From Elsinoe ampelina (taxonomy: Eukaryota), in NCBI GenBank assembly GCA_010093995.1, contig ML992512.1, positions 985,424 through 1,005,423 of the forward strand: a stretch of DNA of 20,000 nt. The letters run 5' to 3'. Position numbers and translations under genes: made by a program. The notes beneath the pieces are model-generated. The model searched no databases. It saw nothing but the letters and a program-made list of their open reading frames with translations, and had not been told where the DNA came from. Below, one piece after another: positions 1-12,329 of this stretch (position 1 is its first letter; every line of letters begins with the position of its first letter).

Positions 1-1145
1 TCGGAGGTCCCCTCATTGGTGGAGCTTTCGCCGCTGGCGACGGCAGCAACTGGCCTTGGATATTTTGGATCAATCTCCCTTTCATAGCAATCGGGGGCGG
101 CCTGATGATTGCCTTCTTGCAGCTCAACAACCTTCCTGGATCGCTGGCTGCCAAGCTTCGCCGGGTCGACTACATGGGCATGGTCCTTTTCATTGGCTCT
201 ACCACTGGGTTATTGATCCCTTTGACCTGGGGCGGTGTCATGTACTCGTGGTCGTCCTGGCGCACGCTGGTGCCTCTACTGGTATCTGCTGCTGGTCTGG
301 TAGCCTTTGTCGTGTGGGAGGAGCGTTTCGCGGTAGAGCCACTTATCCCCTTCCGTATCACCAAGAGCTGGACAGCCGCGGCCACCTATATCACTACCTT
401 CCTCCACGGTATGGTCCTCTGGTGTCTTCTCTACTACGGGCCCCTCTACTTTGAAGCAGTCAAGGGCTACAGTCCTCTCATCTCCGGTATTGCCCTCTTC
501 CCATCGACCTTCACTGTCGCCCCAGCAAGCGTAGTAGTCGGCATCCTTGTCACCAAGACTGGTAAATACCGATGGTCACTTTACATTGGCTGGACTCTCG
601 CCACGCTTGGCTTTGGCCTTCAGTACCTCATGACGCACACCATTCCTACTGTCGGATGGGTATTCTTCCTCATCATCACCGGCCTCGGCACGGGTCTGCT
701 CTTCCCCGGTCTCGCTTTCAGCGTTCAAGCAGGTGCCGCAGAGGAGGATGCTGCCTCGGCCGTCGCTCTCTTCACCTTCATGCGCACTTTCGGTCAAGCA
801 ATCGGTGTCGCGGTGGGTGGTGTCGTCTTCCAGAACGCCATCAGGAAGCAGATTGCTTCTCGACCTCTCATCGCCATGAACGCTGCGCAATGGGCGGCCG
901 ACTCCAGTGCGCTGGTGCAAACAATCCATGGCATGCCTGAGGGACAGATCAAGATGGATCTGATCGAGAGCTATGCCGATGCGCTCAAGGTGGTCTGGGC
1001 TGTCTGCTGCGGCTTTGCTGGTCTGGCTCTTCTGCTTACCTTCTTGATCAAGGAATTCAGCTTGGATCGCCAACTGGGAAGCAAGGAGCAATTTGTGGAT
1101 AGCAGGAGAACTAGCTCCGAGGAGGCTGGTGCTGAGAAGGCGTGA
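1..1145 (+). CDS. MFS drug:H+ antiporter (DHA2/14-TM type), 5'-partial
   Basis: The frame of ORF 105..1145 is open back to base 3 and reads GGPLIGGAF...WPWIFWINLP (DHA2 motif), then VDYMG, many hydrophobic helices, and the C-terminal R.FGQAIGVAVGGVVFQN. Stop TGA at 1143-1145. Confidence 0.93.
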   Translation, partial: GGPLIGGAFAAGDGSNWPWIFWINLPFIAIGGGLMIAFLQLNNLPGSLAAKLRRVDYMGMVLFIGSTTGLLIPLTWGGVMYSWSSWRTLVPLLVSAAGLVAFVVWEERFAVEPLIPFRITKSWTAAATYITTFLHGMVLWCLLYYGPLYFEAVKGYSPLISGIALFPSTFTVAPASVVVGILVTKTGKYRWSLYIGWTLATLGFGLQYLMTHTIPTVGWVFFLIITGLGTGLLFPGLAFSVQAGAAEEDAASAVALFTFMRTFGQAIGVAVGGVVFQNAIRKQIASRPLIAMNAAQWAADSSALVQTIHGMPEGQIKMDLIESYADALKVVWAVCCGFAGLALLLTFLIKEFSLDRQLGSKEQFVDSRRTSSEEAGAEKA

Positions 1146-1357
1146 GAGCAGGATGGGTGTCGAGAAGTCTGTATCATGATACTTTATGATAAACGAAAGA
1201 GCGTGGAGTTTGGCAATGTTTTCGATATAGACAAGGGTCAGGATGATAGATCATAATTAGACGAGTAGCTGTAATCTAATTCCACTTATTTCTAGAAAGA
1301 TCTTCATGTCCTCGTTCAACTGCAATAGTCGATTTGTGTTCACATTACTGGTCATGT

Positions 1358-2188
1358 CTACGTTACTATGAGTTCTGCGGAAGCGTCATCGACTAATTGC
1401 AGTCCGTGACCATGCTCGTTCATCACTCGAACGGCCTCCTGCGTTAGCTGGTAACTCCAGTAATAATTGGAGAAGTCGTTCGCGCTCTTGACGTGGGTCG
1501 AACTGGAATCGGGTGCCGCTGCTCGCGTGTTTCGCACGACTTGTGCTACCCTCTCCGACCTCAGCTCATTGAAGACCTGAAGTCGAGCATGCACCTCGTC
1601 AGACTTGGCACCTTTCAGGACAACTCGCAGTGCTTCGGCATCCTCCAGTGCTTGACATGCTCCCTGTCCTTGGTCTACAGTCTGTCAGTTCTCGTGATCG
1701 TTCGACGCTGATGACCACGCTCACGTGGTCCCATCGCATGACCTGCGTCACCGATGAGAGCAAAGTTGTCCTTCACCAGGGAGTCGAGTGGATCTCGATC
1801 CCTCAGCTGCCTGCCATCCGCCATTGCGAGAGCCTTGAGGACGCTTGGGTGGAAGTCCTTGAACGTCTCGAGAATCTCCTCGACTGAAGCTTTCTCATCC
1901 CACTGCATACGTCGTTCGCTACTATCTGGAAAGATACCGACAAAGTACCTTCTCAGCCTCGACGTAACGAGCTTTGTGCTTGTCAAAGCCAGCGCGAGCG
2001 AAGCTCGACCTGAGTAATCTACTGGCATTGACCGAGAACGTTACGGCAGCGCCGACTTTTTTGTGCACAGTAGATGCTCCAAGAACAACCACATCATGGT
2101 CCTCTCTGAGCAGCAATGCTGTAGCTATGCCTGCAATACCGGCACCGCACACGATCACTCTAAGTCGGGATGTGATAGCTTCTACCAT
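1358..2188 (-). pseudogene. FAD-dependent monooxygenase (salicylate hydroxylase-like), internally deleted
   Basis: The pieces 2188-1949 (VIVCGAGIAG Rossmann motif), 1902-1725 (LIGDAGHAMGP) and 1674-1358 (HQGQGACQALEDA) join through GT-AG gaps at 1948-1903 and 1724-1675 into only ~245 aa. The central part with the DG motif is absent, and the conserved acidic residue after beta-strand 2 is Gly (VVVLGAS). Confidence 0.8.
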
Positions 2189-2540
2189 GTTTGACAGCAG
2201 CCTAGCGAGAGGCCCTGGGGGAAGAAAAGAATCGCATGTTGCTGGACTATTGAAGTACCGCCCTGTCCGAACGTCGCAGGTAAGAGTGCGGGTAGACTGA
2301 CAGTTCACATCACATGAGTTGCGGAAGTCGTGCATCGGTTGTGCAAGTGTATACTTCTGGTTCTCGAAATGTTATCTGTCCCGTCACTGCGATGCAAATG
2401 ATTAAAATCTCCACTGTATTTTGCTCATCCCTCCGGCGCCAAAGCTGGTATCAAGTGAATGTCGTGGCCCATTTCCCGCGAGCAAAAATTAACGTCATCT
2501 CTGGCATGAAATTATTTACAATGGTCATAATCGTGCTAAT

Positions 2541-3822
2541 CTAGACATAGATGTAGCACAGAGGTCGTTTGGTCGTCGACATGACGTCTCCGATGGTGAC
2601 AGTCTTCGCGAGGACACCGAGATCGATCGCATCGGTCAAGGCCGTGTCGCGGCTGGGAGGACTGTTGAAGAGTGTGAGGGTTCCGGCAAGTGCTCTCTCA
2701 CGGGTAGCAAGGTCCTGATTCTGCCAGATCCACCAAAGGCGATCGATTTGACCATGATGGAGGAAGAAGTATGGGTCGCCAGGGGAGGCAAAGAGATCTC
2801 CCCCTGGATCGCCACCAACAAGGAAGTGACCAGCAGTATGCACACCGATAAATCCGTTGGGGAAGTCACCTTGCATGGTGTTCTGGAAGGACAAGATGTC
2901 CTGGTTGTTATTGATAAGAGTGGTCGAGTTTTGATCGTAGAGGTTCGAGGTCGAAGCCGCCGAGCTGATGTCACGGCGGATGCAGCGAGGATTGTATCCA
3001 AGTCCATCAGGAGACGGGTTGGCGGGAGCGTATGGAAGGACAGGCGAGAGAGGCCCAAGGTTGACCTGGTAGTCCTTGAACGGACCGGAGGTGATGCAGT
3101 CACCACCGTTTCCAGGTGGAAGAGTCAGGGGAGGCGTAGCTGCGGCAAAGATCACGGCAGGAGGGTGCTCACGGTAAGCACCATCGCCGCTCATTGAGGT
3201 GTCGGAGCCATCGAAGACTGGTGCTGCGCGAGGGTTGGACGCTAGCTTTCCCCAGTTGAGGTATGGTTGATATCCGGTGTAGCCGCACTCATTTCGCAAA
3301 GCTTGCTCGTAGGCCCATGTGAAATATCTGTGCCATGACAAGAAGTTTCCAGTGCCGTGGATGGACAAGGTCTGTTGAATGTGCTTCAACATGTTAGTCT
3401 TGATGATTTGGGATGAGATACTGAGGTCCACATACAATAGCGACAAAATCATCGTATCGGTTCTTCGCTCCTGGGGCGGCGGAACCGACTTGAGAAGGTT
3501 TCGATTGCAAACACTGGACAGCAGAGATGTAGGCCTTCTTCTCCTTTGCGCTAAGTGTGTTCCTACTGAGGTCAGTATCGTTCACGGAGGCATCATGAGT
3601 GAGGGCTTACCATTCTCTCCGCTGAGCGGCTGTGAGTATGTTGCATGTTCCTGGTGCTCCCGAGGTAAATTGAGAGACAGCAAGCTTGATCAGCCCCAAA
3701 GCTGCAAGCTTGTCTGTACCGGCGGTGCTGTCTGGTGTCCATGCTGGCGCAGGTGCACGCTTGACAGGGCCAGCACTAACGACCGTAGCCGCAGCAGCGG
3801 ACAGAAGCCAAAGAAGATGCAT
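2541..3822 (-). CDS. Secreted tyrosinase / catechol-oxidase-like di-copper protein (~393 aa)
   Basis: Exons 3822-3611, 3562-3436 and 3383-2541; intron donors GTAAGC and GTATGT with branch sites. Signal peptide, RREW, RYDDFV, CuA His residues (HIQQTLSIH...FLSWHR) and CuB (HTAGH...DPYFFLHHGQIDRLW). Confidence 0.93.
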
Positions 3823-5318
3823 AATGTAATGCCCACGTGGATGACTGCCTGAAAGAAGAGTCGAAGATCAGCGATTATCCACTACTGTGCAGTATACACG
3901 TGGTGCACGTTGGAGTAATGGGCTGCATGAAACCGTCATGGGAACCTGCATATATAGATACAAATAGAGGTCTCATTAGAGCCATTGGATAGCGCAATAT
4001 GATCAACGCGCAGTACCCACCGGAATCCTGACTATGCAGCCACAAGGGTGACAGAACATGTCTAGCTCACCTGTCATGCCAGGAAAACCAAGTGCCGAAC
4101 GAGTGGGAGGCGGCGCGGGCTTGCGGGAAATGTCCAGGCTCGTCCCGTTATGGAAAAAGACTTTTGGGGCCCTGCAATTTAAGTTGACCTACGCCCGGGA
4201 TTGCCCCACTGCGGCGTGGTGAAGATGCAGGGCAAGCCCCAGAGGGGGGGCTGACTTTCCAGAAGGCTTCTCTAGACCAAGTTGGGGCGAGACTGGATCT
4301 CCTTGACGACGAGTCGAAGGATTCATGCAGCTGACGGTGAGCAGCTTCGAAGAGATGTGCTTGAGACACCCAATTCCCGCAGCGTAACAGCTTGGATGAA
4401 ATGATAGTCTCAGACGACACAAGCGAGGCGTCCGGAAATGAAGCCTTTAGGGCTCGCTGGGCACCTGATCCACGATAAAGTGAAGATTGATCTCCCTGCC
4501 AATGACGATCAATGGAGCCACGTGCGAGGGCCTGAGAAACATCACGCCGCACGCGAGGTGCGACGACGGCATAGAATTGCCGTTGGTTTTTGCTTTTGTG
4601 TCGACCGCGATAGGGCACGGCCGGGAACCGGTCACAGGCAGCGTGGCTGTCCGTTGGAGAGAAAAAGAACAGACGCCCCCCTGCATGGACGAAGCTAAGT
4701 AGACGACACTATTGCCTTCTAGGCGGGATAGGAAACCGCACGGAAGTCATCGTATCCGAAGTCATGGCTCTCGCACGTAGTCCTGGAGAGGGAAGAGCTA
4801 CGCAGCTATTGGAACAAAAGACGAAGGAGGCAAAGACATAGAGGTTACCGTTGGGTGGCACTCTGTGCTGATCAGAGCCGAAACAGACGTTTGCGCTCTG
4901 GTGGCAGGATTCAAGCTCGGCGCCGCTGATATACCTGGTCCTTTCCATATCCTGGTGTACCCGTCATGCATATCCTCGGTTGTTTAGGCAGATTTGCAGA
5001 GGTCCTGAATATGGACAACGGCTGATCAGCATGTCGCGTTGGTGGACTCGCAATCGACTTGTGTGCCCTGGGTCGGTGAAGACTCCTCTGACAATCTCAG
5101 CATCCCTGCCGCCGGCAAGAGGGGGCCGTGTGATTTCTTCGGCTCGCATCAGGCACTAACTCGGACGGGATCGTGCAAGTGTGCATCCCATGGTGAGCTA
5201 TTGGAATGGTACGGGCTCTTCCTGTAACAGATGTGCAATTATACATGCATACACATAAAGATCCCTGATCGCCGGTCAAGATCTGTCCGCGCACCTTTGC
5301 TGCATCGTTGCGTACATC

Positions 5319-6705
5319 ATGCCGGCACTTTTGCTTGCTCGTGCAGGTGACCTGACACGGCGTGCCAATGTCAAGGGTTCTCCAGCATACCTCGCCGAAA
5401 ACAACGCGCCTGCTATCCTTACACTTGTTGGCGTCTTTGGAGGACTGTCTCTCGTGACGGTATGTCTTCGGATCTATGTCCGGCAATTCATGCTGGAAGG
5501 CGTGACTGCCGATGACATTGTTATGTTTGTCGCAATGGTCAGTCATTCATCCTGCATTCCATAGAATGCTTCTGACTCTATCAGCTCATGGGTATCGCCT
5601 TGTTCGGATGCTTCTGTGGTCAAGCCAATCATGGACTGGGTCGCCATGAAGAGTTCTTGACTTTGGACGATCAACAAGGCTTTCAGCGCATCCAGTTCTG
5701 GTCTTCCTTGCTGGTCACCTCAGCCATCACCTTGGTCAAGGTCTCGATATCGCTGCTTCTCATCAAGCTGGTGAACAATAAGCACCTTATCCGCTTCCTT
5801 TACGTCTTCATCGGTGAGTTCATGTTTGCGACACATGTAAGGTCTTGCGACTGACATTCAAGGTTTGATCTGCGCATACACGATCGCCTCCGATCTCACC
5901 ATCATCCTCGCCTGTCGACCAGTGGACGCCGCTTGGGACTTTTCGAAAATGCCGACTGCGAAATGCTTCTCGACCAAGACGTTCAGTGCTCTCGGCATTG
6001 CCAATTCGGTCGTCACTATCTTTACCGATGTCCTGCTTGCGCTCCTTCCGGTGCCCATCGTGTGGAAATTGCAGACCAACTTGCGAACAAAGGTCGCTCT
6101 GATTGGTGTGCTGGCCTTGGGTCTCGTCGCAGTAGCTGCCGGTGCTGTCAAGGTCAACGCTCAACTGACTTTCTTGTCTATCGCGGATCGTTTCTAGTAA
6201 GTCGTCCACTGTCCTATGGCCGCAACAGCCGTGCTGACAGTCACCCAGCAAGAACGAATTCCCAGTCTGGGCTGCGCTGGAGCTATACATTGCCATCATT
6301 GCGGCGACACTGCCGACACTGCGTCCTTTGATGGCCGCATTCTTCAATGGTGTACGAAGCACAATTGGTTCGTCGAGCGGACGTACGAAGAAGACAACGC
6401 AGCAAAATACAGGAGGTCGATCGAGACAGAGAGGATACCATTCTCGAGCAATGTCGACCACTTGCAGCCGCAACGAGATGGTCAGAGATGAGGCAGGTAG
6501 CCAGGAAGGGCTTGTACTCACTCCGGTGAGCGGGAAGCACACTCCTGCTCTCACAAGGTCGACAGGCACTGGTGAGATGGACGAGAAGAGCAAGGATAAC
6601 AACGTTATTGTTCGGACTACGCATATCCATACGACAAAAGGATCGAGCTCCGACAGCTCTCCTAATGCGTCGTCATTCGGGGAGTTTGAATTTCAGAAAA
6701 GATGA
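5319..6705 (+). CDS. PTH11-like (fungal rhodopsin-domain) integral membrane protein, no CFEM domain
   Basis: Exons 5319-5537, 5585-5813, 5863-6196 and 6249-6705 splice in frame. Motifs LRIYVR...ADD, GLGRH, KVSISLL, CRPVDAAWD, TDVLLALLP..IVWKLQ and W..LE....IAATLPTLRPL. Confidence 0.9.
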
Positions 6706-7283
6706 TTGTATCAACGACTGTATTATAGAGCGTCCCAGCCGCAATGACGGGTAGGCGACATTGTAATGATTACTTCTTTCCCACGATCGAGCCCTTCTCT
6801 GGCTGCACACCCAAGAACGCTTTCCCACGGCGAGCGGGGTACATTAGGCATGGCGCAATCGCTGGCGTGACCTCAGATCCCGTGAAAAACCGTCGTTGTT
6901 CTGGAAGGAAAGCTAATTATGAAGGAAAATTGATGAGAAAGAAGCTCGTTTTCAGCTGCGAGAGCGGCACCAAGACTTTGTTTAGGCTGCCTTGGGAAGG
7001 TGACAGGGTCCGGGATAGAGATCTACTGCTTGGCCTTTACCTTTGCTCCTCTCCGGACTTTCTCTTTGGATGGGACTATGCACAGTACCTTGACAAAATG
7101 CTTAGCATGCTTGGACCTTTCTATTTTGTCGTGTGCGTTCAGGGCGGACATGAACTAGGTCCATGGCCAAAGATAAGTGGCCGCTGCCAAAAAAGAGTGG
7201 CGAGCGGCAGAGGAATGCTATATTAATCAAGCAGCGCTGGTCGCTGATGTGTGGCTCATCACAGGTATCTCACCAAGGTCATC

Positions 7284-8816
7284 ATGAAGGTCAACTCATT
7301 CACTTCGGTCGCTGCATTGGCATCCACGGCGCAAGCCGTTTTGCCACCTCTTCGTTCAGAGTGGTTCCAGAATACCATCACCACGAATGGGTGAGTTGTC
7401 TCTAGCGGTCACTGATCCAACTTCTCACGCAATCGCAGTCTAATGGAGAATCTGGCCAACCTAGACCGGATTGCGACGGAGAATGGTGGCAATCGAGCCT
7501 TTGGACTACCCGGCTACGACGCATCTCGCGACTTTGTCTTCGACCGTGTGTCCAAGTCGAAGAGGTTCACAGCTTCGAAACAAGACTTCCCTGCTTTGTA
7601 CAACAATGTCGACTCGATCACATTTCGTGTAGCCAACACCAGCTACTATGTCTTCGGTCCGACGTACTCGCCATCAACTTCTCCAGAGGGACTGACCAGG
7701 CAGCTCGTCCTTGGGCCTTCTGGTGATGCAGGTTGCAGCGTAGAGGGCTACGCAAACATCGACGTCAAGGATAAAATGGTCTTGGTACAGAGAGGGACAT
7801 GCCCGACTGGAGGGACCATCGCCGGAAGGATCAGGCCTGCCGCTGCTGCCGGCGCTGCCATTGTTATCCTATACAACAATGTACCCACCAAGGTCACTGG
7901 AGGTACCCTTTCAGCACCGGACCCAAAAGCTTTTGTTCCCAGTGGCTTCATCAATCAAGATGACGGCGAGGCTCTGCGGACAAGATTACTTGCTGGCGAA
8001 GTCATCGAGCCGTACTTTCAACACACTCAGACAGTCGAGACCAAGATCACTCAGAACGTCTTTGCTGAATCCAACGGCGGTGACCCCAACAATGTCATCA
8101 TGCTTGGTGCCCATCTCGACAGTGTGAAGGCTGGTGCTGGTATCAACGATGATGGATCTGGGAGCTCTCTCCTGCTGGAACTCTTTGACGGTCTTCAGCG
8201 TTTCAATTTCCGTAATAAGATCAGGCTTGCATGGTGGGGAGCTGAAGAAAATGGTCTAGTCGGTTCCCGATACTACACAACGCAGATCAACAACACAGCA
8301 GATGCCGACAACCTTCTTCTCTACCTGAACTTTGACATGGTCAGCAGAGGCTACTTTGGAGTGTTTGACGGAGATGGAAATACCCACGGCTTGGCTGGTG
8401 CTCCCGGCTCGGATGTTATCGAGAAGCTGTTCGTCGATCACTTGACAAGCAAGGGTATCAATGTCACCGCCGCCATCTTCACCGGTGGTAGCGATTATGC
8501 CTCATTCATGTCGACCCTTAACAAGCCTGTCGGCGGTCTACACACCGGCACTGGCGTTGCCCAGGACGACTGCTATCACCAACAATGTGATGTTTATGGC
8601 AATGCAAACCCCAATACACTCACCATCAACGCCAAAGCTGCGGCCCATGTTCTGTCCGTACTGGCCCAGCGAGGTCAAGACATCATCCCTAAGAAGACCG
8701 GCAATTTGACCATGACGGTGGGCAAGCGATCAGTGGAAAGCTTGGATCTCGACGACTTCCCATGGACTGTGCTTGACAGCGAACGCCATCTCGGCACTTG
8801 CGGCCACGATGTTTAG
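7284..8816 (+). CDS. Secreted M28 aminopeptidase with PA domain (aminopeptidase Y / LAP2-like, ~494 aa)
   Basis: Exon 1 7284-7390 (signal peptide MKVNSFTSVAALASTAQA), intron 7391-7438, exon 2 7439-8816. Zn-ligand motifs GAHLDSV, GINDDGSG, WGAEENGLVGS, LNFDM and CYH; PA insert LVQRGTC. Confidence 0.93.
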
Positions 8817-9279
8817 GTGGGCATGTTAGGCATATATGGGTTTCTGTAGAGTAGTAGAGGGGTGTAGAGGCTGTAGCACGTAGTGGACGAAGTGACGAAG
8901 TGAACGATGATAGCACTGCCAGCATAGGCGAATCAAGGCACTCATGATATGTGTGAGGTCGATCTCCGTGTCAGTCTTGTCGTCGAGTGAAAATACTGAG
9001 GACAACACGGAGACACCTCCCCGCCCTTGGCACACCGAACCGAGTTTCTCCACGACCTGAAACCCACCTGTTCTCCTTCGTCCTTCACAGCACCAACCAC
9101 AAACATTTTCGTCTGTCATGGTCTCTCAAATGATACTCCGAGTGGCGCAAGGGATGCTGGTCGTTGCTACCAGCACGTCTGACCATCTTGGCAGGGCGGA
9201 GTACCAGCGCTGGCAGGTATAAGTAATATCTGCTGCTGTACCATCAGTAAGATGTTCATCTTCCGCAGATCCTCTCACC

Positions 9280-10274
9280 ATGATCTTCTCCCGGCTGACC
9301 ACACTGACCACTCTTGTGGCCTGCTTCGCTGCGGTCACCCAGGCATCACCTGTTTCGTCTCTCGAGAGACGCGCCGACACATCCTGCACAGCTGCTGCCG
9401 ATGGCTTTGCTTCACTGAATGGAGGCACCACTGGAGGAGCGGGTGGAATTGTAGTCATTGTCACCACCCAAGCAGATCTCGTCAAGTTCGCCAAGGCATC
9501 TGGCAAGCATGTCATCAAGGTCAAGGGCAGGATCAGCATCACTCCAAAGGGTACCGAGGTCGAAGTGACCAACGACAAGACCATCATCGGCATCGGTGCC
9601 TCAGGAGAGATCTATCAAGGCGGTTTCAAGCTCAATGGTGCCGAGAACGTCATCTTCCGCAACCTCAAGATTGGGAACACGTATGTTGAAGGGGACGAGG
9701 AGGGCAAGACTCAGGACTGGGACGGCATTCAGATGGACACCGCGAGCAATGTCTGGATTGATCACGTCTTGTTCGAGAAGGGCGGCGATGGGCTGATCGA
9801 TAGTCGGAAGGACACAAACTTCTTGACCGTTTCCAATTCTGTTCTGCAAAACCACAACAAGGCCTTTGGTATTGGCTGGACCGAGAATGTGATTGCCCAG
9901 ATCACCATCCATCACAACTATTTTTTGAACACCAATCAGCGTAATCCTTCGCGGACAATGTCAAGTACGCTCACCTCTATAACAACTATGTCGTCGGCGC
10001 AAAGTCGTATGGTCATTATGCTCGCGGCAAGACTGATATGCGTATGGAGAACGTCTATTTTGAAAATTCCAAGAACCCCATCACCGCCGACTCCACGGCG
10101 AAGCTGGCGATATCTGGCAATGTCTACAAGAGCACCACCGGGACTACCGCGAAAGACCAGGGCACCGTCTTCAACGCTTCTAGTTTCTACAAGTACACTT
10201 TGACTCCGAGCAACAATGTCCCGAGCGTTGTCAAGGCAGAGTCTGGACCCAAGGCAAGCATTTGCACTTCATAA
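9280..10274 (+). pseudogene. PL1 pectate lyase with a 1-nt frameshift (pseudogene or sequence error)
   Basis: Signal peptide, GFASLNGGTTGG, KTIIG, NVIFRNL and VWIDH. After QRNP the sequence CCT TC GCG GAC (9946-9956) lacks one base, and the lyase continues in another frame (ADNVKYAHLYNNY...ENVYF) to the stop at 10274. Confidence 0.85.
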
Positions 10275-10833
10275 GTGGTCTCCATTTTGGAACTTGTCTT
10301 GAGCGGATGCTTGCTCGAATAAATCATACTTTCATGTACATAGTTTCTCGGCAAATGTCAGTTCCTGACACTTGGGCCCTCTGCCAAACATCCATGTGCG
10401 GACTACGTAGCACTGTCATTGAGCGCCATTGGGCACGTGTAGCCACAGGACCCTTGCTTGCGGAACAGCACGATCTTGCTGTCATACTCCAGGAAGCAGA
10501 ATTTCGTTGATGGCGAGTCGTACCATCTTGCTCGGATTGGGCGCTCTGTCAAGGACAATGTCGGATGTTTGAGATCAGACTGGAAGAAGACACTTGCTCT
10601 CATTGCACACACACCTACCCAAAGGGATTCGACGTGCAGGCGGAACCGAAACCTCAATGCCAGCCGGTGGCTTGATAGAAGCCTGAAGGATGTTTGGTAG
10701 ACGACATCCAAACAGTTTGCAAGAGAAATCAATCGGCACAAAGGTATTGAAATGACTTTCTGGCTGGATATTCAAGGCACTGGCGGGCCCATGACTTCTA
10801 ACATTCAAGTGCTCAATAATAGTCAATTCTACA

Positions 10834-12329
10834 CTACTCCTCCATTGGGGAATCTCCTCGTCCTATCCAGGTGTTCTCGTTCAGCAAGCCAGCCAGACCG
10901 GCCTGGTCGCCATGATCAAGGTACCCACATATGCGACCCTCGGGATCTCTCTTACGGCGCAGCTCCATCAGACGGCGCGCTTTCTCGTCCGTCCAGTATC
11001 TTGTCTGTCGGATCTGAAAGTCGGAATCTCCAAGGTATGCGCCATCGCATTTTGGTGCAATCCTTTTCATGACACTTTCCGTCCAGGTTTGACACCGATC
11101 GTCGTCCTTTTCATGCTCCCAGATGGTATAGATGGCGAAGTAGTGGTCCGACTGCATGCTCAGTGCCATATCGGGCATGTCACGACGGCTACACGGGGCC
11201 ATGCCGTACCACAGTGCGAATGCCTTGTCTGTGGGCAATGTTGTGAAGGCAGGCTCGAGGACATCTACCGGATCTTCGTCATTGGCGACATATCCATTGT
11301 CGGCACAGTACCGATGACCTTGTGGGTTGGCGCCAGCTTGGTCTCGATATTCTTTGGCGAGGCTGGTCTCTTGATCGACTGCCTCAACGAGAGGATCTGC
11401 TGGTCTCGAGCTGTTGGCTGGTGTAAGAGCCGCGAGACACTCTTCCTCAGAGTTCTTGAACGTTACGAAGAGCGCCACAATACACTTCTGGTCAATACCA
11501 GGCGGCGTATTGCCCACTGCTACAATCTCCGTGTCTGGATCAAAGTCGGGCGTAATGTCGACTACCCACCGCATGACCTCTCGGTATCTGGAAATGGGGT
11601 ATACAAAAGCAGAAGATCTCATGGCTGGCACCTTTGGTCGGACCTCGAGGTGGTAGCGGACGACTATGGCTGGGAAACCTATCCACGTTAGAGACACTTC
11701 CACAAGGATATGTTTGAGGATATTACCAGGTCCAGCGCCTTTTGCTGCCCAAAGCAAATCGCTGTTGTTCTCGGCATCGACTCGTGTCAATTCACCGTCG
11801 GCATTGACAACATCGAGCGCTCGGATCTTCTCGCAAGCCCATCCCCAATTCTAAGCCATGTCAGGATCTAATCAACGTTGGCTAGCGACGAACGTACTCT
11901 GCAATTCCAGCCCATGCCTCCTTGCAGGAGGAATCCTCCAAGCCCAACATCTGGACAGTGACCGCCAGCAAACATCAATCCTCGTTGCGACAGGTAGTCG
12001 TTCAACATACTGCCAGTCGTGCTGGGCGAGACTGTAGCAATACCCTTTTCGGAATCTAGTGATATGTGTTTCATGTTGCCGAGATCGATGAGGACTGCAT
12101 TATCCCTTACACTCCATGCAGCCCACGAATGGCCTCCGGAGCGTACAGAGACTCTGTGTCCTTTGGACTTGGCCAGTCGTACTGCTTCGACGACATGATC
12201 AGGTGTTTCCGCTTTGACCACAGCCACGGGATAACGTTTGGGACGTCGGTGATTGAACACTCTCCCTACCCTGGCTTCTTCGTAGACTGCCTCCTCGACT
12301 TCTGATCTCCAAATGATAGGTAAAGACAT
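10834..12329 (-). CDS. FAD-linked oxidase (FAD_binding_4; 6-hydroxy-D-nicotine oxidase/BBE-like, ~466 aa)
   Basis: Exons 12329-11898, 11850-11727 and 11678-10834. Motifs VRSGGHSW (covalent-FAD His), GGHCPDVGLGGFLLQGGMG, DLLWAAKGAGPGF, and the C-terminal R.KRDP. Confidence 0.92.

Noticed and set aside
3853..5318. Several 60-156 aa ORFs in the tyrosinase/PTH11 intergenic region
   Set aside because: No recognisable motifs, overlapping on both strands, and no consistent splice structure; treated as promoter DNA.
5820..6602. 260 aa minus-strand ORF, and similar long antisense ORFs at 10912-11691 and 13879-14490
   Set aside because: Shadows of real genes on the opposite strand, caused by codon bias.
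8845..8910. Short GTAGA and GACGAAGT repeats after the aminopeptidase stop
   Set aside because: Low-complexity 3'-UTR sequence with only two exact copies and no spacer structure; not CRISPR-like.
10275..10833. Short ORFs between the convergent lyase and oxidase genes
   Set aside because: No domain similarity that I can recognise.
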